Shown in pieces: positions 9,579 to 18,739 of a DNA stretch of 64,000 bases. Every line of letters starts with the position of its first letter. Position 1 is the first letter of the stretch. Where the stretch lies: contig JBAOHO010000012.1 in the NCBI GenBank assembly GCA_037045355.1, positions 239,071 through 303,070 on the forward strand, read 5' to 3'. A model generated the notes under the pieces. That model made no database searches. It was not told the origin of the DNA and saw only the letters and a list, made by a program, of their open reading frames with translations. The DNA is from Candidatus Nanopelagicales bacterium (lineage in GTDB: Bacteria; Actinomycetota; Actinomycetes; S36-B12; GCA-2699445). A program made the translations under genes and the position numbers.

Positions 9579-9677
9579 GACGACCGTTCGTGTCGGTTCC
9601 CCGAGGACGTTCGTGTCCGTTCCCCGAGGACGTTCGTGTCCGTTCCCCGAGGACGTTCGTGTCCGTTCCCCGAGGAG
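9579..9677 (+). repeat. intergenic/leader tandem repeat, 23-bp unit gaggacgttcgtgtccgttcccc, ~4.3 copies; each unit has GAGGA-N5-GTG
   Basis: Units at 9603-9625, 9626-9648 and 9649-9671. A degenerate copy lies at 9579-9602 and a partial gaggag at 9672-9677. Confidence 0.92.
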
Positions 9678-9684
9678 TAGTCCG

Positions 9685-10185
9685 TTGACTGCTGGTCCGG
9701 GTTACGGTGGACGCGTGCAGACCGAGCAGACCTTGAGCACCCGACGTGCCCTGCTGATGGGCGGTGGTGCCGTCGCAGCCGCGGGAGTGCTCCTCTGGGT
9801 GCCTGATCTGCTGGGCGTTTCGGTTCTTCCCGCCTGTCCTTTCCGCCTGATGACGGGGTGGGACTGTCCCTTCTGCGGCGGGACGCGAGCGACTCGGGCT
9901 CTGGTGACCGGTGATCTGTCGACTGCAGCCGACTTCAACGTCCTGGTCCCGGTCATGGCGCTGGCCGGCGTCGTTGTCGCCGCTTGGTGGCTGCTGGCTC
10001 AGCGAGCAGGCCCGAGTGTCGCCGGGTCCAGCCCGCAAGACGGACGCAGGGCCTCGGTGTCCTTCGAACCCGTCAGGTCAGTGCTCGGCGCCAGGGTTTT
10101 CTGGTTCGTCGTGTTGGCTGTTTTTCTGGTCTTCTGGGTGTTGCGCAACCTGCCGGCGTTCTCGTACTTGAACTCAACTGGTTGA
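9685..10185 (+). CDS. DUF2752-like membrane protein (CPF..TGWDCPFCGGTRA motif); start uncertain (TTG 9685, or in-frame GTG 9613 or GTG 9715)
   Basis: ORF 9460..10185. Motif LPACPFRLMTGWDCPFCGGTRATRAL plus 3-4 TM segments. TTG 9685 has gaggag 7 nt upstream. Confidence 0.65.
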   Translation: MTAGPGYGGRVQTEQTLSTRRALLMGGGAVAAAGVLLWVPDLLGVSVLPACPFRLMTGWDCPFCGGTRATRALVTGDLSTAADFNVLVPVMALAGVVVAAWWLLAQRAGPSVAGSSPQDGRRASVSFEPVRSVLGARVFWFVVLAVFLVFWVLRNLPAFSYLNSTG

Positions 10186-10220
10186 GGTCCTGAGCGGTCG
10201 CAGTTTCCCCGCTGGCCAGG

Positions 10221-13200
10221 TCAACTGGTCAGACGTACCGAGTCGCTCACCAACCGTTGGTGCGGGGCTTGCGCAGGCAGTACCGCGCGGTACCGTCCCG
10301 CGGGCTGGTTGATCACGACGGTGTCCGCCTTGCCTCGAGTCTTGGTGGTGGTCACGGTGCGCCAGCCGTTCCCCGTCTGCTTCTGGATCTGGACGCGGTA
10401 GTCCGCCTTCTTCTTGTCGGGATTGACATTGACCTTGATCCGGGAGGCACCGGCGTACTGGCGGGTGGCTTGCCCGGTCGAGTCGCCGACGGCCTCGGCT
10501 GTCACCAGTGCCGGCTGGAACGGGTAGGTGCCCCAAGTCTTGTCGACCTTGCCGTCGCTGTAGATCAGTTCGTTGTAGGGATACAGCCCCCACTGCACGC
10601 AGTCGGGATTGGTCGGATACTTCGTGCTGAGCCCGGATCCGGTCTTCTTGAACTGGAAGCCGCAGCCCGTCTGGCTCAGAGAGTTGATGTCGATCGACCC
10701 CAGCGACGGTGGTGGGTTCAGTGTCGGTTGACCACCAGGTGGTGTGGGCTTGGACGGCATCATCAGCGCCGGATCGCCGCCGGTCAGGTAGAACTTCTCA
10801 TCAGTGGGATCAATGGCCGGCGGGATCTTGCACTTCAAAGGCGTGAGAACGCTGCAACCCTCTCCCCAGTCGAGACGCGGGAACACGTACCACGTCTGGA
10901 TGTCGTTCTGGAACGGGTTCTTGGCGCTGTGAGTCTTCTGCTTGTCGCCACAGTCGCTGGGCAGCCCATTGCCGGTGAACCTGTCGTTGGTGAACTCCAA
11001 CAAGGACCCGCCCACCAGTTGTGGCTGCGCTGTCTTGCCGCCCACATCGTCGGTGAACGGGAAGGTGAGCACGTTCAGGTGATCCGCCGCCTGGAAGGCG
11101 GAGTTCACCTGCGGGTTGGGGTTCGCGATACCCGTCGCCACCGGCGTCCAGTAGGCGGCCATGTCCGCCCCGCCGGCGCAGAACGACTCCTGGAACGCAG
11201 CGTTCGCCTGTGACAGCACGATCTGATCGGCGGTACCTGACGCCATCAGCAAGGGCATGTCCTTCGGGAAGGAGTTCGACTTCCCCTGCTGGATGGTTGG
11301 TGTCATCTTGGCGAAGATCTTGCTCCAGTTGTAGAAGGCCTCCTGATTGGCAGGATCGTTCGGGTCCTTCATGAACGGGGTTCCCGGAGCACTGGCCCCG
11401 TTGGGGTAGAACTCGGCACTCGCCGCGAACGCCTGCGTGGTGCAGTAGTCGAAGTACTTGAGTGCATTGGCCATGCCCGCTTGCGACAGCACATTGTTCT
11501 TCAGCGCCCAGCCGCCGAGGTAGCCGGCCCAGGTCTGGATCACCTCGGGGCCGAGGACCCAGTTGGCTTGCTGGTTCCACAACGTGTTGACGAGCTGGTT
11601 GATGTCGGTGGCGGGTGCGACGGCCATCACGCCCAGGAGGCGTTGCGCCGTTCTCTTGTACAGATCGTCGGCCTTGATCCCCGACCACAGAGCAGCGTGA
11701 CCGCCCTGGCTGTGACCCATGACCACGAACCGGTTGCCGGCCTGCGGAACTCCGGGCCAGCCGCGGCCCGCCTTGCGGTCCGTGTGCAGGGCCTCGACGG
11801 CGAAGAACACGTCCCGGGCCTCCTGGGGGCCCACGATGTAGGTCTTCTGGTTCCCCGTGGGTCCGTTCACGGCGATTCCCAAGTAGTCGGGCATGACGAC
11901 GATGTAGCCCTTGGCGAGCATCTGGTCCAGGAAGAAGATCATGTCCGTGACGTTGATCTCCATACCTCCGGGTCCGGTGCCACCGCCGGGCATCGGGATC
12001 CGCTCGGTGCCGCGGGACACCGAGCACTGATCCGACTGCCCGAGAGTCGGGTGCGCCCAGGCGACGATCGGAGCGTCGTTGGCAACGTTGGGGGGCACCA
12101 TCAGGAGTGCTGTCGCAGCCTCCGGTGGTCCTTTCACGGAGCCGTCGCCGGTGCTGTCTGGAACCCACCGCTCGGTGGTGTACATGACCCGGTACTGGCG
12201 CCCGGGAATCTTGCAGTCGGACTGGGGGATGGCCGGATCCGTCACACAGGTCGGTGGGCCGGCAGCGGGGTTGCCGATCGGGGGCAGGATGAGCGGACCC
12301 TTGGACTTGTCGATCGGATTGGGGAGCGCGAGCTTCGGGTAGTTCATCGGGAACTCTTGCGCCTTGACCATCACTCCGGGCTGGTCCGGCAGGTTCACGG
12401 GCACGTTGTAGAGGGCATCGCCGGCGTCGCTGAACGCGATGTCGACGGGAGTGGACTGCACATCGCTGCTGTCCACCACCACGCGAAGCCTCGCAGTGCC
12501 GTCGTCGGGGACGCTCAACTGGGCAGTTCCGTTGCCCTTGTCGTTGGTCCGGGTGGCGCTGCCGGGAAGGTCATCCCACCCGGAGTCCCGCTTGCGCTGA
12601 ATATGGACCGCGACCGACTTGTTCGGGTCGACATTGACTGCGACGTCGTACTTGCGGTCCACCTGCAACGGTGAACCTGAGGGCCAGGTGGCTGCGACGG
12701 AGTTCACCTTCGGGTCCGGTTGAGGATTGGGACCAGGGCCGGGATCGGGGCCAGGACCGGGGTTGGGGTCGGGGTCGGGGTTCGGACCCGGGCCTGGCCC
12801 AGGTGTGGGGTCACGCCGGACCGTGATGTCCAGCGTTGCGCTCTTCTGTTTGCCGCTCGTCACCCGCAGGCGGTTGTCGCCGACCTTGGTGAGCTTCGTC
12901 GACAGCGTGGCCTTGCCCTTCTTGCTGGTCGACTTCTTCTGGACCAGGCGCCACTTCTTGCTGTCCGGTTTGCGCAGCTTCAAGGCGACCGGCGCCTTCT
13001 TCTTCGGCTTCACCCACGTGGTCACCTTGACGGTCCCGCCGTCCTTGACCTTGCTCTTGTTGGCCTTGGCCGTGACCTTCTTGACCCTGGCTTTCGCCTG
13101 AATCTGCCTCACCGCTTGTTCCTGGTTCCCAGCGGCCGCTTTCTGGGTCATGAGCTCATGGATCGCCGCCACCGGATCGGTGCTGCTGGTGGGCGCCGGT

Positions 13201-13325
13201 GCGGCCCCCGCCGGCACTCGCGCTGCCGGCACGATCAGCAGTGACGCGACGGTTCCCGTGATCAGCGTTCGCAACATCGACAACCCCAGACTCCTGGCGG
13301 ACAACACCAGAAGTGTGCTCACCAC
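10221..13325 (-). CDS. large secreted LIP-family (secretory lipase-like) alpha/beta hydrolase with N-terminal Ig-like/Pro-rich regions
   Basis: 1034-aa ORF. Signal-like MLRTLITGTVASLLIVPAARVPAGA (alternative start ATG 13277), a PGPGPNPDPDP linker, the nucleophile elbow VVMGHSQGGHAALW, and YIVVMPDYLGIAVNG. Confidence 0.75.
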   Translation of the reverse strand: MVSTLLVLSARSLGLSMLRTLITGTVASLLIVPAARVPAGAAPAPTSSTDPVAAIHELMTQKAAAGNQEQAVRQIQAKARVKKVTAKANKSKVKDGGTVKVTTWVKPKKKAPVALKLRKPDSKKWRLVQKKSTSKKGKATLSTKLTKVGDNRLRVTSGKQKSATLDITVRRDPTPGPGPGPNPDPDPNPGPGPDPGPGPNPQPDPKVNSVAATWPSGSPLQVDRKYDVAVNVDPNKSVAVHIQRKRDSGWDDLPGSATRTNDKGNGTAQLSVPDDGTARLRVVVDSSDVQSTPVDIAFSDAGDALYNVPVNLPDQPGVMVKAQEFPMNYPKLALPNPIDKSKGPLILPPIGNPAAGPPTCVTDPAIPQSDCKIPGRQYRVMYTTERWVPDSTGDGSVKGPPEAATALLMVPPNVANDAPIVAWAHPTLGQSDQCSVSRGTERIPMPGGGTGPGGMEINVTDMIFFLDQMLAKGYIVVMPDYLGIAVNGPTGNQKTYIVGPQEARDVFFAVEALHTDRKAGRGWPGVPQAGNRFVVMGHSQGGHAALWSGIKADDLYKRTAQRLLGVMAVAPATDINQLVNTLWNQQANWVLGPEVIQTWAGYLGGWALKNNVLSQAGMANALKYFDYCTTQAFAASAEFYPNGASAPGTPFMKDPNDPANQEAFYNWSKIFAKMTPTIQQGKSNSFPKDMPLLMASGTADQIVLSQANAAFQESFCAGGADMAAYWTPVATGIANPNPQVNSAFQAADHLNVLTFPFTDDVGGKTAQPQLVGGSLLEFTNDRFTGNGLPSDCGDKQKTHSAKNPFQNDIQTWYVFPRLDWGEGCSVLTPLKCKIPPAIDPTDEKFYLTGGDPALMMPSKPTPPGGQPTLNPPPSLGSIDINSLSQTGCGFQFKKTGSGLSTKYPTNPDCVQWGLYPYNELIYSDGKVDKTWGTYPFQPALVTAEAVGDSTGQATRQYAGASRIKVNVNPDKKKADYRVQIQKQTGNGWRTVTTTKTRGKADTVVINQPAGRYRAVLPAQAPHQRLVSDSVRLTS

Positions 13326-13445
13326 CTGAGGCGGTGTCTCGCCGAGCGGTGGATCGCGTCAGTTCGTCGTGGACGCCGCCAGCGGCTGAGTGCCCCCGGA
13401 ACGACTTGCACTCACGATGACAGAAGAGGGACGCAGCGGTCGGAC

Positions 13446-15674
13446 TCAGCGTTTGACGGAGTCGAGCATCAACGAGGCCAGGTCGACGACTTCGACGTCC
13501 TCCGCCGCCCCTTCTTGCTGGCGCACGGTCACCCCGTCGTTGAGCATGACCGAACAGAACGGGCAGGCCACTGCGACCTTGGTCGCCCCCGTCCCGATGG
13601 CTTCGTCGGCGCGGTTCTGATTGACCCTCGTGCCGAGGGTCTCCTCCATCCACATGCGCGCACCCCCGGCGCCGCAGCAGAACGATTTCTCACCCGAGCG
13701 CTCCATCTCGACGAGGCTCGCGCCGGGCAGTGACTCCAGCAACGCCCGCGGCGGTGTGTACACCTGGTTGTGACGCCCCAGGTAGCACGGGTCGTGATAG
13801 GTCACGGTGTCGTCCACGCGGTTCACCGGCACCAACTTGTTCTCGTAGACCAGGGCGTGCAGCAGCTGCGAGTAGTGCACGACCTCGTAGTTGCCACCGA
13901 ACTCGGGGTACTCGCGGCCCAATGTGTTGAGACAGTGAGGGCAGGTGACGACGATCTTCTTGGCACCGACCTCGTTGAGGACCTCGATGTTCTGCACCGC
14001 TTGCATGTAGAACAGGGGCTCGTTGCCGGCGCGGCGGGCAGCGTCACCGGTGCAGGACTCCCCGTCGCCGAGCACCATGAACTCGACACCCGCTGTGTGG
14101 AGCAACTCGGCGACTGCCTTGGTCGTCTCCTTGGCGCGGTCCTCGTAGGCACCGGCGCAGCCGACCCAGAACAGGTACTCGACATCGTCGGGGATCGTGT
14201 CCTCGCCGTCGGCTCCGAACACTCGAACCGGGAAGTCGACCTCGTCGATCCAGGCGTTACGCACATTGGCGTTCATGCCCCACGGGTTGCCCTTGTTCTC
14301 GAGGTTCTTGAACAGGCCATTGAGTTCGGAGGGGAACTCCGTCTGGATCATCACCTGGTGGCGGCGCATGTCCACGAAGTGGTCGATGTGCTCGATATCC
14401 ACCGGGCACTGGTTCACACACGCGCCACACGTGGTGCACGACCACAGTGCGTCGGTGTCGATGACTGGTCCTTCATGGGAACGGTGCCCGGCGGCGTCGT
14501 AGCCGTCGGTCGCGCGTAGTGGATCGAAGTCGCGAGGTCCGACCAACTCGCGCTGGGCTTCGTTCTGGACGTTCTCCGGCATCCTGGCCAGGACGTCCTC
14601 GTCGATCTCGCCGAGTTCCGGGTTCTTGCCGTCGTTGGCTTTCTGCGCCGCCAGCACGTAGGGCGCTTTAGTGAACGCGTGATCACGCAGATTCATGATC
14701 ATGAGCTTGGGTGACAGCGGCTTCTCCGTGTTCCACGCCGGGCACTGGGACTGGCACCGGCCGCACTCAGTGCACGTGGCCATGTCCAGCAGGCCTTTCC
14801 AGGTGAAGTCCTCAACTCGGCCCACGCCGTAGGTGGCGTCGTCGGGCGGATCCTCGAGGTCGAGGCGTTGCCCGTCGGAGTACATCGGGAGAAGCGGCCC
14901 CAGGGCGTCAGGCCGCCGTGAGGCGCCCACGTTGATCGGGGCAGTGAAGATGTGCAGATGTTTGCTGTTGAGCACGATCAACAGGAACGCGAGGATGACA
15001 CCGACGTGCAGCCACAGACCGATGGTCTCGAGCCATGCGTTGGTGACCGCACCCAGGGGGGCGAGCAGTGATGCGACCGCCTGCGAGACGAAGGCCCCGG
15101 TCATGCCGGCCGCCGCGGCGTCCCCCGCGTAGTCCTCGATGTTGATTTTCGCGCCGCGGTAGAGAGCCAGCGTGAGGATGACCAGCAGGATCATCCCCAG
15201 GACCAGCCAGGCGCCCGAGGTGTGGGAACCGTAGAAGCGGGACCAGCGACCGCGTTCCTTGGGCTGGTTGCGCAGCCGGATGATGAGGAAGATCACGACA
15301 CCCACGAAGACGAGCAGGATGAACAGGTCCTCGAGGAAGCGGATCACGGGCCAGGTACCGATGAACGGGAACGCGAATCCGTGGATGAAGAGTTCGAAGA
15401 CGGCCTCGACAACGGTGATGCCGAGGATCAGGAAGCCGGCGAACACGAAGACATGGGCGATGCCGGGGACCGTCCACTTGAGTAGCTTCTTCTGTCCGAG
15501 AACCTCGGTCGCCTCGGCTTCGAGCCGGGTCGGGACCTCGCTGGTACGTCCGACCGCGGGCTGACCGGAGCGGATCAGGCTGGTCAGGAACCAAGCACGT
15601 TTGGCGGCGAAGATGGCCGCAACGACGATGATGACGATTCCGATGCCGGCCCTCAGCGCCAACGACGGTTCCAT
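13446..15674 (-). CDS. membrane-bound (Fe-S)-binding / CCG-domain reductase (heterodisulfide-reductase-like, Rv0338c type)
   Basis: ATG 15674 follows gggagggg. N-terminal TM domain, two 4Fe-4S motifs (CTECGRCQSQCP, CTTCGACVNQCP), and CCG-like motifs (WVGCAGAY, VVTCPHCLNTL, CCGAGG, VACPFC). The upstream 148 aa of ORF 13446..16118 is noise-like. Confidence 0.85.
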   Translation of the reverse strand: MEPSLALRAGIGIVIIVVAAIFAAKRAWFLTSLIRSGQPAVGRTSEVPTRLEAEATEVLGQKKLLKWTVPGIAHVFVFAGFLILGITVVEAVFELFIHGFAFPFIGTWPVIRFLEDLFILLVFVGVVIFLIIRLRNQPKERGRWSRFYGSHTSGAWLVLGMILLVILTLALYRGAKINIEDYAGDAAAAGMTGAFVSQAVASLLAPLGAVTNAWLETIGLWLHVGVILAFLLIVLNSKHLHIFTAPINVGASRRPDALGPLLPMYSDGQRLDLEDPPDDATYGVGRVEDFTWKGLLDMATCTECGRCQSQCPAWNTEKPLSPKLMIMNLRDHAFTKAPYVLAAQKANDGKNPELGEIDEDVLARMPENVQNEAQRELVGPRDFDPLRATDGYDAAGHRSHEGPVIDTDALWSCTTCGACVNQCPVDIEHIDHFVDMRRHQVMIQTEFPSELNGLFKNLENKGNPWGMNANVRNAWIDEVDFPVRVFGADGEDTIPDDVEYLFWVGCAGAYEDRAKETTKAVAELLHTAGVEFMVLGDGESCTGDAARRAGNEPLFYMQAVQNIEVLNEVGAKKIVVTCPHCLNTLGREYPEFGGNYEVVHYSQLLHALVYENKLVPVNRVDDTVTYHDPCYLGRHNQVYTPPRALLESLPGASLVEMERSGEKSFCCGAGGARMWMEETLGTRVNQNRADEAIGTGATKVAVACPFCSVMLNDGVTVRQQEGAAEDVEVVDLASLMLDSVKR

Positions 15675-15856
15675 GACCCCTCCCAGGAGTTCGGGGGCGG
15701 GCCCGCGGCGGTATCGATGTGGGTCCAGCCGCGCTGCACACCCGCTCTCGATCCTACCGGCCGGTAACTTCACCTGGGCAGCGCACGCCTTGTGACGTTG
15801 GGCACCGGACGGTGACGGTGGCACCGGGTTTCTCGCCTGCGCCATCACCGTCTCGA

Positions 15857-15930
15857 CCGAAGCCGACCCGAAGCCGACCCGAAGCCGACCCGAAGCCGAC
15901 CCGAAGTCGACCCGAGGTCGACCCGACCGA
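15857..15930. repeat. ~6 x 12-bp tandem repeat (ccgaagccgacc) in a divergent promoter region
   Basis: Read directly: four perfect copies, then ccgaagtcgacc and cgaggtcgaccc variants. Confidence 0.9.
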
Positions 15931-16034
15931 TCCGGGTGCCTACGAACGAAGCCGCCGCGACAAGCCCGGTGAGCGAATGCTTCGATGACAGTGGTTCCAT
16001 GAAGGTGTACGCCTATTGCATCGGAGGCCGGCGC

Positions 16035-17379
16035 GTGTCTCGTCGTTTCTTCACCTTGTCTGCTGTTCCGGTCGCCGCGTTGGCGTTGATGGCCGGCGTC
16101 ATGCAGGTCCCTGCCCAATCAGCTCCGGCTCTTCCCGCAGCGGATGACTCGGCCCTCGCGCCACCGACCATCGTCGGTTTGGGCGACTCGTACATGTCGG
16201 GTGAGGGTGTCATGTACGCCAACAAGAACTTCTCGTCGTCGAAGCGCAGCGGCGACTGGTCGATGTGGCAGACGGCCGCGGGAGCCATCGGCGGCGATAT
16301 CGGAACACCCGACGACCCCACGGCGGTGGGCAACAGATGGCTGTCGGTCTTCGGAGATGCCACCGGGTACAAGCCGTACCCGCCGAATTCGAACCGCGAG
16401 TCCATTCCGTTGTGCGATCGCAGTTATGCAGCCGCGATGCACATCGGACGCGGCTGGCTGTCGGAGAATCTCGCTTGCTCCGGGGCGATCCTGACCACCG
16501 TTCCCAAGACCAAAGAAGGGCTCTTCAAGCCGGGCATCGACTTCGCGGATCTGGTGAATCCGGCGCCCTATGTACCGGTCGGCCAGGGTCAGGCCCTCAT
16601 GCTCCAGGAATACGCCACAGACAACCGCAACGTTGACGTCGTGGCCCTGTCGATCGGCGGCAACGACTTCGGATTCGGGGCGTTGGCCAAGGTCTGTGTC
16701 ACGGATTTCTTGAAGCCGTGGCCATTCCGGCAGAAGTGCTCGAGCGATCCAGATGCGGCCAAGATCGTGAAGGAGGGCATCCCCAAGGCGAAGGCAGCCG
16801 TCAAGGCCTCCGTCGAGAACGTCACCAAGGCCATGGACCGCGCCGGATACGACCAGACCGCGTGGAAGCTCGTTTACCAAAAGCCACCACTTCCCATCGG
16901 CACTGCCGCCCAGACCTACCCCTACTCCGAATCCGGCTACAGCCGGCAGGACATCGGGGGATGCCCGTTCTACGACGCCGATCTGGACTGGATCGTCAAG
17001 GACGTGTATCCCGATCTTGTGGACGCGATGAGGGACGGCTTGAAACAAGCGAAGTCATCGCTCGGCGAGACCCAAGTAGTGATCCTGGACACGACCGACA
17101 CCTTCAAGCGCCACAAACTGTGCGGCAAGGACACCATCGGTGCCTTGAACTACTCCACCGGCCAGGCCGGGATGGAGCCGAAGTGGCAGGACGACAACGG
17201 CATCAAGACGGAGTGGGTGACCCCCATCAAGCTGTTCGGCGGTGCGATCGGCGGCAACCTCTACCAGCAGCAGATGCCGCTGCACCCCAACTTCTGGGGT
17301 CAGCGCGCACTGTCCGACTGCATGGACCTGGCGAGACGTGTCGCACCTCGATCAGGCCTCGCCGGAGGATCACAGCTGA
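16035..17379 (+). CDS. secreted SGNH/GDSL hydrolase; C-terminus reconstructed across a probable 1-nt frameshift near 17334 (the raw ORF runs on to 17642)
   Basis: GTG 16035 follows ggagg. Signal VSRRFFTLSAVPVAALALMAGVMQVPAQSAP, the GLGDSYMSGEG block, and a C-terminal LHPNFWGQ block. After 17334 the raw frame uses rare codons, while the +1 frame is GC3-rich and stops at TGA 17377-17379. Confidence 0.75.
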
Positions 17380-18738
17380 CGACTCAGCCACCAGGACCGC
17401 GCCATCGCGGGCCTCGGCCGGGCTCCCCAGTACCGGGCCAGGCGTTCTTTCGCCAACGGCCAGCGCTGGCCAACACGGGTCGCTTCGGACGCACCGACGA
17501 GACGAATAGTGTCGTGGACACGCCGGGTTGCTGCATCGAGTGCCTGGTCGTCCTCACCCCAGAAGTAGACGGACCACGGGTTGGCAACCAGGTCCCGGGT
17601 GGGCACGACGGTGTTGCCCACCTTGGGTTTCTTGATCCATAGGAGGAATCCGGGCATTGTCTCCACGGCGTCGATGCCGTCGATGCGTGCGATCTTGTCG
17701 CGCCTCGTGGCGGTCCCGTTGATCGCCACGATGGGGTGGCTGTCATAGCGCGCGACGTCGAGCGCCGGGTCCTCCGTGCGATCGAGGTTCACGTAGTCAT
17801 CCACGGCGAGATCGATCAGGTCCACGCCGAATTGCCAGGAGTCGGTCGCCACGATCTTCTCGCCGCCGAGGCGTGTGGCGACCTCGATCAAGACATGGTC
17901 CTCGATCGTCGATCTTGGCTTCGAGGTGGAACGGACTGCAGCGGAGATCCAATGCAGTGAGGACTCGCGCGGCGTAGTCCGTCAGGGTGGCCGACGCCGG
18001 ATGATTCCGGGGGATGGTGCGCGATCCAACCTCGACGTTCTCCTTACCGTTCACGTCGCGTCTGTCATAGACGCCGATCCCGGTCACCATGGGACGCCCA
18101 GTCGAGTCGCACTGGCCGTTCACCCAGTACTCGGAACCGCCCACGAACTCCTCGACCAAGGTGGGTGCCGCATGGTGTGCGAAGTAGGCGTGCACGGCTT
18201 GTTCATCGAGAGGGTCCGCGGCGAAGAAGGCGACACCCCGGTTGCCGGAACCGGCATCGGGCTTCAGCACGAACCGACGCACCCCGGTCGCTCGCACCCA
18301 GTCTGAGACCTCTCTCGCGTTCGACACGGACGCCACCTGGTTCAGCCGGATCGTAGGATCAGCCGCTCTGATGAACGCTTTGACAGCCCGCTTGCTGTCG
18401 ACCACTGTCAGCACCGGCTGCTCTGCCCATCCGACACCCAGTTCGCGGGCGAGCCGAACGAGCGGCGCCACGGCTCCCTCGTCGTGCGGGAGCGCCGCGA
18501 CAACGTCGTGGCGTCGGCGCAGCAGCGGGGCGAGTGCCTCGATCCCCGCAGTGGGCACCATGTAGTGCGCCGCGATCGCGCGGGAGTTCAAGACCGCCTG
18601 CCTGGGCTGCCTGATCAGCCGGGTGCGCCAATCGGAGTGAAGGGCGACAGTTCGGATGCCGTGCTCTTCGTACAAGCGCTCGATGAAGCGGTCCGCGTAG
18701 AACTGGTACGGATTCAGAAGCACGGCTTCGCGCGACAC
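17370..18738 (-). pseudogene. ATP-grasp domain protein, frame broken near 17889-17892
   Basis: ORF 17797..18738 ends ...SPFHLEAKIDDRGPCL. The sequence then continues in another frame (ORF 17370..17891) as (L)IEVATRLGGEKIVATDSW... A single extra base restores PCLIEVATRLGG, the typical ATP-grasp C-terminal motif. Confidence 0.78.
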
Positions 18739-18739
18739 G

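Noticed and set aside
9497-9677. Tandem repeat arrays as a possible CRISPR locus (also 63045-63191 and 40042-40146)
   Set aside because: The units are directly adjacent with no unique spacers, the periods are 19-23 bp, and there are no cas genes in the window.
15675-16118. N-terminal 148-aa extension of the Fe-S reductase ORF
   Set aside because: The extension is Arg/Gly-rich, crosses the 12-bp microsatellite, and lacks TM character. ATG 15674 has a strong SD and starts the first TM helix.
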